Shown: positions 1 to 8,070, counted from the stretch's first letter. The stretch is 23,088 nucleotides of DNA from Candidatus Micrarchaeia archaeon (GCA_046538155.1 JBKHJL010000015.1:1-23088); one strand, 5' to 3'. Numbers and translations: made by a program. The notes: generated by a model from the sequence alone, not told the origin.

Positions 1-724
1 TTTTCTTTATTTTGCCGTTGCAAATGCCGCAGGGGCTGCCCTCCTCTCTCCTTCCCGCAAGATAGCGGTCCGGGAATTTCTTCCTCTCTCCCCTGTGCCT
101 TATTGCAGTTTTCAGGATTCTTTTCATTGTGGAATGCATTTTCCCAAGCTCATCCCTGCTTAACTTGCTGGCTTTCCTCCCGGGAAGCAGGCCTTCCTGG
201 TAGAGAATTTCATCCGAATAAACATTGCCTATCCCGGCAACCAGGCCCTGGTCCATCAGTGCACCCTTTATGCTTCCGCCGTATCCGCCAATCCCTTCAG
301 CAAAGGATTTCCTGCTAATTTGCAGGGCATCCGGCCCAAGCCCTTTTTCCTCAACAAAAGCATCAACAGATTCAGCTATGGAAACCCGGCCGAATTTTCT
401 CGGGCAGATATATGCAAGTTTCATTCCAGAGGAGAAAAGCAGGGCGAGATGGGTGTGTTCCGGTACTTCTTCTTTAATATAATCCAGATAGCCGCTCATG
501 CCAAAATGGAGAGAAAGGACATATCCATCGCTTATCTCCATAAACAAATATTTACCACGGCGGGTGCATGAAGTAAGCTTGTTGTGGAGGAGGTGCCTGC
601 GGAGGGTGCTCTCTGATACTTCAAGAACCTTCCTGCTCCCTGTTTTCACTGTCTCAATCCTTTTGCCCAGGGCAACCCTGGAGCAGTACTTGCAATATTC
701 TTCAACTTCAGGAAGTTCTGGCAT
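1..724 (-). CDS. mutM: Fpg/Nei family DNA glycosylase/AP lyase (3' end truncated by window edge)
   Basis: Not in the ORF track because it has no stop in the window. Manual translation from ATG at 724 gives MPELPEVEEY...RRGKYL...LHFGMSG...ALMDQGLVAGIGNVYSDEILY...EGSPCGICNGKIKK. This has the catalytic N-terminal PELPEV, the H2TH GIGN motif and the first CxxC of the C-terminal zinc finger. Confidence 0.95.
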   Translation of the reverse strand, partial: MPELPEVEEYCKYCSRVALGKRIETVKTGSRKVLEVSESTLRRHLLHNKLTSCTRRGKYLFMEISDGYVLSLHFGMSGYLDYIKEEVPEHTHLALLFSSGMKLAYICPRKFGRVSIAESVDAFVEEKGLGPDALQISRKSFAEGIGGYGGSIKGALMDQGLVAGIGNVYSDEILYQEGLLPGRKASKLSRDELGKMHSTMKRILKTAIRHRGERKKFPDRYLAGRREEGSPCGICNGKIKK

Positions 725-793
725 AAGATGCACATCATCAGTAAGAATTAAAATTAGGCCTATTGAAAGGAGATAATGGGAGGAATAGATTAG

Positions 794-1330
794 GTGGATA
801 TTGAAAAGGTTGAGGAAATCCTGCTTGAAAAGGAAAAGGCACTGGATGTATATCTAAGGGAAGAGAGGGGTATTGTGCGCCTGTGTGCAAAGGCCATAAA
901 GGAAGTGCACAGGGGCAATATAGAAGAGGCAGAGCAATACGTTGGCAGGGCGAGGGATAAATTCTCACTGCTCCCTGAAATCCCAAAAAGCAGGGCAAAG
1001 CACTCCGAGCAGGAGTACGTGGAGGCCCTTTCGCTCATTGCAATATACAAAGGGGAAGAAGTTCCGGGGCACGAGGAAATGGAAGTGGGGCCGGATGCAT
1101 ATCTCCTGGGAATCCTGGACTGTATGGGAGAGCTCAAGCGGCTGATGCTTGAGTGCCTTCGCAAAGGAAAAAAGGATAATGCAGAAAAATATTTTTCAAG
1201 GATGGAGGAGATATACACTGAAACCGGGCACCTGCATTTCTCCTCTGCCCTGATTCCGGAATTCCGGAAAAAGCAGGATGTTGCAAGAATCCAGCTGGAA
1301 AATGCCCGGGCAAAAATAACATGGGAATAA
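794..1330 (+). CDS. Translin/Trax family RNA-binding protein / nuclease (archaeal Trax-like)
   Basis: All-helical 178 aa protein with QEYVEA and YLLGILDCMGELKR, matching the Trax ExxE and DxxGE acidic motifs. GGAGG lies about 10 nt upstream of the GTG start. Confidence 0.88.
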   Translation: MDIEKVEEILLEKEKALDVYLREERGIVRLCAKAIKEVHRGNIEEAEQYVGRARDKFSLLPEIPKSRAKHSEQEYVEALSLIAIYKGEEVPGHEEMEVGPDAYLLGILDCMGELKRLMLECLRKGKKDNAEKYFSRMEEIYTETGHLHFSSALIPEFRKKQDVARIQLENARAKITWE

Positions 1331-1334
1331 AAAA

Positions 1335-2351
1335 ATGGATGGTGAAAAAATGCTGAAAAAAATACTTGTATTGTTTGTGGCTTTTGTTTTTATTGCAGGC
1401 TGCCCCTCAGAAGGTGAAGAAGATGAAAAAAATATCTGGGCAGAGAATGGTGCTGAAGAAGAGGAGGCAGGAACGCAGGACTATCTTGATATCCAGGAAG
1501 GAAGCAGCTCGCAGGCAGCTTCCGGAACCGGGGGGAATGGTGGGGAAACAGACGCAGTTCCTGCAATTGAGTATTCGGAGGAAGTAAATGAAAACCTGTT
1601 TATCTATTTCATCAATGTGGGATACGGGGACACCCAGGGGGATGCAATACTTGTGAAGAAAGGGGATTTTGATATGGTTATTGACGGGGGGCCTGAAACA
1701 GAAAAGCACGAGGTTGTGAACTTCCTCTTTGAAAAAGGAGTGGATGACATTGAAGTGCTTGTCTCCACCCATGAGGACCCGGAGCACAAAGGGGGGCTGG
1801 AATATATAGAGGAAAACTTCAGGATTGGGGAAGTGTGGAGGCCTGCAGAGGGATCAGCGGGCTATGGGCAAATGCTTGAATCCCTTGGCGCTGAAAACGG
1901 GGTAAAATACATGGGCAGGGGCGATGAGCGCACATTCAACGGAGTGAGAGTGCTCGTAAGGAATCCACTTCTTGGAAACGAGAGATTCTTTGATTCTGAC
2001 AATGATGCAATAGTGCTGAGGCTGGAGGACAGGGGATTCTGCACACTGCTGACTTCAGATATAGACGGGAGTGCGCAGACCCAGATACTGATGGACTCTG
2101 AACCATGCGAAGTGGTCCAGATGCCCTGGCACGGAATGAGCGAAGGCCTGAGCAGCCTGGATTTCTTCTTTGACAAGCTGAAGCCTGAAGCAGTAATAAT
2201 CAGCGGCAGCTCAAAAGACTGGACAAACACCCGGCAGACAGTATTCAACAAAGCGGAACTCAGGGATATAGAAGTTTACCCCAACTATGAAGGGGAATCC
2301 GCAAAAGTGACTTTCAACGGAAATGAGTACGCCATAACCATCGAGGGATGA
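1335..2351 (+). CDS. ComEC/Rec2-like MBL-fold metallohydrolase, predicted lipoprotein
   Basis: Signal KKILVLFVAFVFIAGC ends in a lipobox Cys and is followed by an acidic linker. Then FINVG...QGDAIL...IDGG, STHEDPEHKGG, NDAIVLRL, LLTSD, MPWHG and VIISG follow the ComEC C-terminal MBL pattern. The start could be ATG 1350. Confidence 0.8.
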   Translation: MDGEKMLKKILVLFVAFVFIAGCPSEGEEDEKNIWAENGAEEEEAGTQDYLDIQEGSSSQAASGTGGNGGETDAVPAIEYSEEVNENLFIYFINVGYGDTQGDAILVKKGDFDMVIDGGPETEKHEVVNFLFEKGVDDIEVLVSTHEDPEHKGGLEYIEENFRIGEVWRPAEGSAGYGQMLESLGAENGVKYMGRGDERTFNGVRVLVRNPLLGNERFFDSDNDAIVLRLEDRGFCTLLTSDIDGSAQTQILMDSEPCEVVQMPWHGMSEGLSSLDFFFDKLKPEAVIISGSSKDWTNTRQTVFNKAELRDIEVYPNYEGESAKVTFNGNEYAITIEG

Positions 2352-2376
2352 TGCTTTCGGAACTAAGGGAGATTGC

Positions 2377-3462
2377 ATGAAAATAACTCAAGTGGTGCAC
2401 TCGTTTCCTCCGGAAATAGGTGGGGTTGAAAGGCACACATATGAACTATCCAGGTACCTGGGCAAAATGGGTGAAGACGTTGTTGTCCATACCACCGTGG
2501 AAGGCGGAAAGCAGGAAAAGTTTGCTGTAAAACAACACTGGGGGCTGAGATTCCCTTTCTTTTCATCAGTAGTGTGGGTTCCTTTCCTGGGGCTAAAGTT
2601 AGCCATGGAAGATACAGATGTATACGTTTCTCATGGATACGGGTCGCTGATGCCATTCTGCGCGGCCGTGGCTTCCATTATCACAGGGAAGCCATTTGTA
2701 TTCACAGTGCACGGATACCCCCAGCTCAGCGGGCTGGGCAGGATTGCCCAGTGGATTTACAGGAATACGGTTGCAAGGGTGGTGTTGTGGAGGGCCAAAA
2801 AAATAATTGTTGTTTCGAGGGAGGCAAAATATTACCTGCAGGGGCAGGCCAGCAAAAACAAACTGGTGTATATCCCGAACGGGGTTGATACAAATGAATT
2901 CAGGTGCCCCCCATTTACAGAAGGGGAATACATAACTTATGTTGGGAGGCTTGACAAAGACAAGCGTGTGGGGATGCTGATAAATGCGATAGGAAAAATG
3001 AGGGGGAATGAGAAACTCCTGGTTGCGGGGAACGACGAGGGGGAAAGGCCCGGGCTTGTGGAGCTCGCGAAAAACCTTAAGGTGGATGCAGAATTCACCA
3101 AAGTGGGGCCCGATGAAATGCCCCAGGTTTACTGCTATTCAAAAGCGATTGTACTTCCCAGTAGATATGAGGGGTTTTCCCTGGTCTGGCTTGAAGCAAT
3201 GGCTTCGGGCAGGCCCATGTTCTCCACCCCTGTAGGGCAGGCCCCCGAACTGTTCCGGGAAGTATATGGAGAAAATGCAGAGAAATTCCTTTTCCCGGAT
3301 GAGGACGGATTGATTGACCGGCTGAATTATTTTATAGAAAATGAGGAAGAGTTTGCTGAACTGGTGGAAAGGGCACAGGAAATAGTAAAGAAAAGGTATT
3401 CCTGGAAAGCGATGGCTGAAAAAACCCTGAACGTTTATGAATCAGTGGTCGGGGTAAAATAA
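2377..3462 (+). CDS. Glycosyltransferase family 4 (GT-B fold)
   Basis: FPPEIGGVERH, VFTVHG, IPNGVD, YVGRLDKDK and PSRYEGFSLVWLEAMASGRP (EX7E motif), ending in YSW. Confidence 0.95.
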   Translation: MKITQVVHSFPPEIGGVERHTYELSRYLGKMGEDVVVHTTVEGGKQEKFAVKQHWGLRFPFFSSVVWVPFLGLKLAMEDTDVYVSHGYGSLMPFCAAVASIITGKPFVFTVHGYPQLSGLGRIAQWIYRNTVARVVLWRAKKIIVVSREAKYYLQGQASKNKLVYIPNGVDTNEFRCPPFTEGEYITYVGRLDKDKRVGMLINAIGKMRGNEKLLVAGNDEGERPGLVELAKNLKVDAEFTKVGPDEMPQVYCYSKAIVLPSRYEGFSLVWLEAMASGRPMFSTPVGQAPELFREVYGENAEKFLFPDEDGLIDRLNYFIENEEEFAELVERAQEIVKKRYSWKAMAEKTLNVYESVVGVK

Positions 3463-3468
3463 AGGAAT

Positions 3469-5124
3469 CTAATCTTCAACAATATCCTCCACAAGGGCGG
3501 CATATGCAGGCCGTGAGATGAGCAGCCCCAGAAGCGAACCCATTATGGTGGAGATTGCAAAACCGATAACCTCAACCATTCCTGAGAAAAGCAGCGGGAC
3601 CATTGCAAATATAGCTACAGTTACATTTGTGGTAATAATGTCAAACGCCTTCCCAAGGCGGTCCTGTTTGCTGCCCTGGTTCCTCTTCATCAGCTCATCA
3701 GTGATTACAATCTGGGCATCCACCCCTACACCTATTGCAGCAATTATTCCTGCCATTGCAGCGAGGTCTATTGTGAATGAGCCGAGTATTGAAAGCAGGA
3801 TAAGTAGTTCAGAGACGCTTATTGCAATTATCGGCAGGAGGATATTGGTTTTTCGGTATCTGAGGGATACAAAGATGGAAATTGTCACAAGCGCGATAAA
3901 AATACCTATCATGCTGAGCTTAAGGAACTCCTTTCCGAGGGGGGCAGGTATGGTAGTTTTACTGCCTATGGATATCTGGATGGGGAGTGCGCCTCCCTTC
4001 AATATGGACTCAATGCTCTTGGATTTCTCATATGCATCCATCTGCTTCTGGCTCCCTGTTCCTTCCGCCCCCCCGCTTATCACATACCCGTAATTTGGAG
4101 TCCCTACGGTTACGCCTGGATTGAGAACAGGTGCAGAAAGCAGCCCCACTGCCTTCCACTCACTGACTATGAATTCCCCTGTCCCGGTCTGGGTTATAGT
4201 TGGTATTATCTCTTCATCCTCAACAACCATTAGCTGGAAACCCTGACCTTCAAGCTCCTGTCCGATTTCCTGTTCAAGGGATTGAGAAATTATTGCTTTT
4301 GTTTTATTTGAGCGGGGGTCCAGTTCTGAAATCTCCACCTCATCAGAGAGGTATACAGTAATGTTTTCATCTTCAAGCTCCAGGGCCTTTGAGAATGCAG
4401 AGCTGACCAGCTGCCTGTCCTTTACTTCAACCCGGCTGCTTGCTTCTTCCCAGCTGAGCACCACAATTGCATCCGAGGGTCTGTCCAGGTACATGTACAA
4501 TGGGTAATTGGCTTTTCCCTCTGCAGTGGAAGCAAAATGCTCTGCCCCCTCCCTCGTAACTGAAAACTGCACACCCCAGTCAGAGCCCCTGCTCAAATAA
4601 CCAGATGGAACAGACTGGATGGTGCCCGGAAGTATGGCATCGCCTGAGAGGGCAGTATGTCCGTCAACAACACCCTGGAAAACACCCTGGTGGGAGAGCA
4701 AGTTCTCTACTGAAGCGATAAGCTCCGGATCCCCGCTCGGCACCTCCACATTAATTTGGGATTCGCCTACTGTACGAACCTTTATCTCCGTAAGTCCAAA
4801 TGTGGAGGCGCGCTTTTTTATTATATCCACAATCTCATTCATGGTAGACTGGGGAGCTGGAGATTCCAGTATTACCGGTATCCTTGTACCCCCGCTGAAA
4901 TCAATACCAAACTTCATCCCGTTCAGGCCCATATTGAGAATGGCAAGCAGAACTATGGATGCGAGGGCAAGCAGCTTGAGGTCCTTTTCTTTCCAGTAGC
5001 TGGACAGAGCCCCAAAAATTATCAAAGAGAATATTATAATCAGACCTGCATAGGATGAATAGAATATGACTCCTGCTGCAAAAAGCAGGAACAGGATTCC
5101 AAGGACGTATCTGTGGTTTATCAT
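3469..5124 (-). CDS. secD: Protein translocase subunit SecD (archaeal type)
   Basis: KFGIDFSGGTR, KRASTFGL, LKGGALP, PAPLGKEF and five C-terminal TM helices with LAAMAGIIAAIGVGVDAQIVITDE. It lies directly downstream of secF. Confidence 0.93.
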   Translation of the reverse strand: MINHRYVLGILFLLFAAGVIFYSSYAGLIIIFSLIIFGALSSYWKEKDLKLLALASIVLLAILNMGLNGMKFGIDFSGGTRIPVILESPAPQSTMNEIVDIIKKRASTFGLTEIKVRTVGESQINVEVPSGDPELIASVENLLSHQGVFQGVVDGHTALSGDAILPGTIQSVPSGYLSRGSDWGVQFSVTREGAEHFASTAEGKANYPLYMYLDRPSDAIVVLSWEEASSRVEVKDRQLVSSAFSKALELEDENITVYLSDEVEISELDPRSNKTKAIISQSLEQEIGQELEGQGFQLMVVEDEEIIPTITQTGTGEFIVSEWKAVGLLSAPVLNPGVTVGTPNYGYVISGGAEGTGSQKQMDAYEKSKSIESILKGGALPIQISIGSKTTIPAPLGKEFLKLSMIGIFIALVTISIFVSLRYRKTNILLPIIAISVSELLILLSILGSFTIDLAAMAGIIAAIGVGVDAQIVITDELMKRNQGSKQDRLGKAFDIITTNVTVAIFAMVPLLFSGMVEVIGFAISTIMGSLLGLLISRPAYAALVEDIVED

Positions 5125-5125
5125 T

Positions 5126-6208
5126 TTATCCCTTCTTCTCCTTATAGTACAGGACCATCACCGCATTGATTCCCCAAGTTGCAAAAAGGTCGCCCACCAG
5201 CCCGGCAAGGGCAACGGAGGATATTTCATAATAGGTTGGAATATGGGTCAGTGCTGCTAGTATGAAAAGAGCAGAAAATGCGATTATCGCGGTCAGGCTC
5301 ATGGTCATTCCTGTCTTCATTGCATCAAATGCATTTTCCCTTGGGTCCCCTCTTCTCTTCAGAATCCTCATGGTAAGCAGAATATCCGTATCAAGAGAAT
5401 AACCAATAAGCATCAGGAGGGCTGCAAAAGAGGGGAGAGAAAGTGGTATTCCAAAAAGGCTCATTGCCCCCAGTGCAATCACTATATCGCTAAAGGCTCC
5501 CACAAGCACTGCGAGACTGGGAATCGGGGCCCGGAAAAAGAAGAAAACAAGTATTACGCTGAGTATTGCGGAGTAAAATACGACCGTGCCTGCCTGGTCT
5601 ATAAAATGGAGGCTGAGGGCGGGGCTTACTGTTTCGGTTGAATAGCTTGAGTACTCTGCATGCTCGGAAACAACAGCCATTATTCTTTCATTATTCCTGC
5701 TGTAAACCTGCAGGTATGCATCTGAGAACTGTTTTTTAAGCTGGTTGAGGTTGGGCTGAAGCTCTGCCCGGGTACTGGAGCCGGCAAGCTCAAACATCCT
5801 GTCCGCTTTTTGGTTGAGCTCCTCCTTCTTTTCCCGGTACTCAGATTCAACAGAAGGGTCATCGTAGGATTGGGCCTGCAGTATGGAAACTTCATCAATG
5901 AGTGTATTGAATTCTTCCTTGAGGGAATCTGCCTCAAGCATATCATCCGTCTGTGAAACCTCTATCTCCGCGGTTTTTCCCATGCTTCCTTCAAAAACCC
6001 TGACTTCTGCATCAAAGCCCTGGGCAATCAGGTCAGATTCCAGTGCATCTGAATCAAGGTCCCCGGTCAGCTGAAGGGTTACCAGGGTGCCGCCCCTGAA
6101 GTCCACCCCGAATTTAAGGTTGGGAATTAAAAACAGGGATATTATTATTAGTATGACCGGGATTATGGTTAGCAGGCGATAATCTCCCTTGTAAACATTT
6201 GGAATCAT
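5126..6208 (-). CDS. secF: Protein translocase subunit SecF (archaeal type)
   Basis: LKFGVDFRGGT, VSPAL, FRAPIPSLAV and AALLMLIGYSLDTDILLTMRILK (conserved Asp/Arg); six TM helices. Confidence 0.93.
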   Translation of the reverse strand: MIPNVYKGDYRLLTIIPVILIIISLFLIPNLKFGVDFRGGTLVTLQLTGDLDSDALESDLIAQGFDAEVRVFEGSMGKTAEIEVSQTDDMLEADSLKEEFNTLIDEVSILQAQSYDDPSVESEYREKKEELNQKADRMFELAGSSTRAELQPNLNQLKKQFSDAYLQVYSRNNERIMAVVSEHAEYSSYSTETVSPALSLHFIDQAGTVVFYSAILSVILVFFFFRAPIPSLAVLVGAFSDIVIALGAMSLFGIPLSLPSFAALLMLIGYSLDTDILLTMRILKRRGDPRENAFDAMKTGMTMSLTAIIAFSALFILAALTHIPTYYEISSVALAGLVGDLFATWGINAVMVLYYKEKKG

Positions 6209-6250
6209 TGATATGCACCAAAAAATGTGAGAGGATATTATGGTGCAACG

Positions 6251-6257
6251 TTTAAAA
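6251..6257. promoter_or_regulatory. Putative archaeal TATA box (TTTAAAA) in the divergent secF / tRNA-Gly intergenic region
   Basis: TTTAAA lies about 31-37 nt upstream of tRNA-Gly and about 43 nt upstream of the secF start on the other strand. Confidence 0.45.
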
Positions 6258-6287
6258 ATTGAACTAAATTAGAAATAATCCCTGTTA

Positions 6288-6358
6288 GCGACCGTAGTCT
6301 AGTGGTAGGATCTTGGCCTTCCAAGCCAATGACCCGGGTTCGAACCCCGGCGGTCGCA
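6288..6358 (+). tRNA. trnG: tRNA-Gly (TCC)
   Basis: Acceptor stem GCGACCG/CGGTCGC plus discriminator A, anticodon arm TTGGC-CT-TCC-AA-GCCAA, T arm CCGGG-TTCGAAC-CCCGG. No intron and no encoded CCA. Confidence 0.97.
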
Positions 6359-6510
6359 ATTTTCCTCCTTGTTCTGCCTAATTGCCCGGTTTTGGGCCAG
6401 CAAGGAAAATTGTGACGTATTTGCTGATCTTGAACGCCGGTTCAGGAGAAGAAATCGAAGATTTCTAAGAAGGCAAATCTGAGTCGCATACACCAGGCGG
6501 TGCTCCGCTC
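6358..6510. repeat. Cluster of short inverted repeats / hairpins between tRNA-Gly and the LAGLIDADG gene
   Basis: AATTTTCCT (6358-66)/AGGAAAATT (6403-11); GCCC/GGGC (6384-97); TCTTGAAC-GCCG-GTTCAGGA (6428-47); AGAAATC-GAA-GATTTCT (6450-66); ATTTGC (6419-24)/GCAAAT (6473-78); CACC-AGGC-GGTG (6491-6502). Confidence 0.6.
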
Positions 6511-6596
6511 CTCTTAGTGGAACCAACCCCGTTTTTGAATATTATTTCACTGGAAACCTACTGCTTCCTTCTGTATTTAAATGCAAAAAATGAGAT

Positions 6597-7304
6597 TTGG
6601 TAATTGATGCAAAACGGTTGAGTGAACTCCAAAGGAATCGCGTTATCAAACGCTGGAGGAAAGTTCATTCAGAAGAACTGGCTTACATCCAAAAGAATGA
6701 AAATACTGCTCCTCACTTAAAAGCAAGGATTTTTGGGTACCTTGCCGGAGACGGGCATGTTGGGCTGAGAAAAGAAAGAAAATCTGGGAAGATGCACGGT
6801 GATATTGCATCTATCCAGACCACAAATCCATAATACATCCTTTTTGCTATGCATTCAAGATGGTCTATGGGAGAGATGCAAACATACGGGATTTGGGAAA
6901 ATACTACCGAGTTAGATATAGTTCTGTTGTATGTGCAAAGAGCTTGCTGGATTATGGTTCGTTCTCCACCTATTCCTGGTGTGCCGGGCTGGATATCTGA
7001 GAATAGGAAATACAGTAGAGAATGGATTAGAGGATTTTTCGACTCCGAAGGATGCATCGGCAAGAGGCACATAGCAGTACAAAGCGTAAACCCTGAAGGG
7101 CTTGGGCAAGTGAAAAAGATGCTTGAACAGTTTGGCATAGATACCACTGAATACAAATACAAAAGAAAGAACCCGAATTACAAGATTAATTATCACCTGA
7201 TAATTTGTAACAAAAAGAGTAGATACAATTTTTTAAAGAGAATTGGTCTTAATCACACGGAGAGACTAAGGAAGTTAGTTGCTCAACTTGCCGATGTCGC
7301 ATAA
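6597..7304 (+). pseudogene. Free-standing two-motif LAGLIDADG homing-endonuclease-like gene, interrupted by two frameshifts (about 235 aa if restored)
   Basis: Motif 1 KARIFGYLAGDGHV at about 6720-6760 and motif 2 REWIRGFFDSEGCI at about 7017-7058. The C-terminus continues VQSVNPEGLGQVKKMLEQFGI...FLKRIGLNH. The middle reads best in a shifted frame (6812-6979: YPDHKSIIHPFCYAFKMVYGRDANIRDLGKYYRVRYSSVVCAKSLLDYGSFSTYSW). It may be a true pseudogene or an assembly error. Confidence 0.82.
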
Positions 7305-7372
7305 CCCGGGATTGCGTCGCTCTCGAAAAGCGATTCCGCAAGGAATTGCAGGTTCAAATCCTGCCATCGGCG
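7290..7372 (+). tRNA. trnS: tRNA-Ser (CGA)
   Basis: Acceptor GCCGATG/CATCGGC plus G, anticodon arm TCGCT-CT-CGA-AA-AGCGA, long variable arm TTCC-GCAA-GGAA, T arm GCAGG-TTCAAAT-CCTGC. Confidence 0.95.
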
Positions 7373-7387
7373 TGGCAAGACCCACCC

Positions 7388-7425
7388 TCAAGCTCTAAAA
7401 ATATGCAACAGCATATTGAGCTTGA
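7388..7425. repeat. Long hairpin in the tRNA-Ser / tRNA-Thr spacer
   Basis: TCAAGCTC-taaa-AATATGC-aaca-GCATATT-GAGCTTGA forms 15 Watson-Crick pairs with one 4-nt bulge. Confidence 0.7.
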
Positions 7426-7434
7426 ACGGTGTGT

Positions 7435-7507
7435 GCCTCCGTAGCTCAACGGCAGTAGCGATCGCTTCGTAAGCGATAGGTTGGGGGTTCAAATCCCTCC
7501 GGAGGCT
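7435..7507 (+). tRNA. trnT: tRNA-Thr (CGT)
   Basis: Acceptor GCCTCCG/CGGAGGC plus T, anticodon arm ATCGC-TT-CGT-AA-GCGAT, T arm GGGGG-TTCAAAT-CCCTC. Confidence 0.94.
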
Positions 7508-7513
7508 TGGTTG

Positions 7514-8065
7514 TTACAGCTTTTGTATGTCTTCCAGGAGCCGCGGGAATTCCGCATATCCTGCCTTTTTATTGAAGTGCCCTGCACCATTCACCACAGT
7601 CATTTTCGTGCCAAGGTTTATGGCAAAATCTTCTTCCATCTCCAAAGGAACATACGGGTCATTGTCAGAGCCGTAAACAAAAAATTCAGAGCAAATCCTC
7701 CTTGCCTTTTCCCAGTTGAATTCCTTCTCCATAAAAGTGGTGTTTATTGAGTCAAATTCTTCAATTCCCAGGTTCCCGGTGAATCCGGCAACAAAAAAGC
7801 AGGCGCGTATTTTCACGTTTATGCGCTCAAGCAGGGAAACCGCAAACGCGGGGCCCAGGCTGTGCGCAACCAGGACGGTATCCGAATTAAATGTACGGAT
7901 ATAGGGCTCCATTACATTCATCCAGTTCTCAAGGGCCTGATTTTCTGGAGTGGGAAACCAGGGCACAACCACTTCATGACCCTGCTTTTCCAATTCTGCT
8001 TTCAGCCAGGGAAACCAGTTCTCTTCGGGATAGCCGCCCGCCCCATGGATGATAAAGAATTTCAT
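7514..8065 (-). CDS. RBBP9/YdeN family alpha/beta serine hydrolase
   Basis: FIIHGAGG...NWFPWL, nucleophile elbow AHSLG, SDNDPYVP and AGHFN give a Ser-Asp-His triad. ATG 8065 is preferred; GTG 8074 is the alternative start. Confidence 0.92.
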   Translation of the reverse strand: MKFFIIHGAGGYPEENWFPWLKAELEKQGHEVVVPWFPTPENQALENWMNVMEPYIRTFNSDTVLVAHSLGPAFAVSLLERINVKIRACFFVAGFTGNLGIEEFDSINTTFMEKEFNWEKARRICSEFFVYGSDNDPYVPLEMEEDFAINLGTKMTVVNGAGHFNKKAGYAEFPRLLEDIQKL

Positions 8066-8070
8066 TATGT

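Noticed and set aside
103..776. Plus-strand ORFs 103..318, 225..482, 320..571 and 498..776
   Set aside because: They are antisense shadows of the Fpg/Nei gene on the minus strand.
6299..6526. 75-aa minus-strand ORF
   Set aside because: It runs antisense through tRNA-Gly and the hairpin spacer and has no protein-like motif.
6831..6833. Stop-codon readthrough or recoding of TAA to join the two LAGLIDADG ORFs
   Set aside because: TAA terminates many normal genes in this window, and the intervening sequence reads better in a shifted frame.
6597..7304. LAGLIDADG gene as part of an intein or a tRNA/rRNA intron
   Set aside because: No N-terminal Cys/Ser splicing block, no C-terminal His-Asn and no extein are visible, and both flanking tRNAs are complete and uninterrupted.
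7441..7460. tRNA-Thr as a pseudogene because of an imperfect D stem (GCTC/TAGC)
   Set aside because: Acceptor, anticodon and T arms pair well, and three-pair D stems are common.
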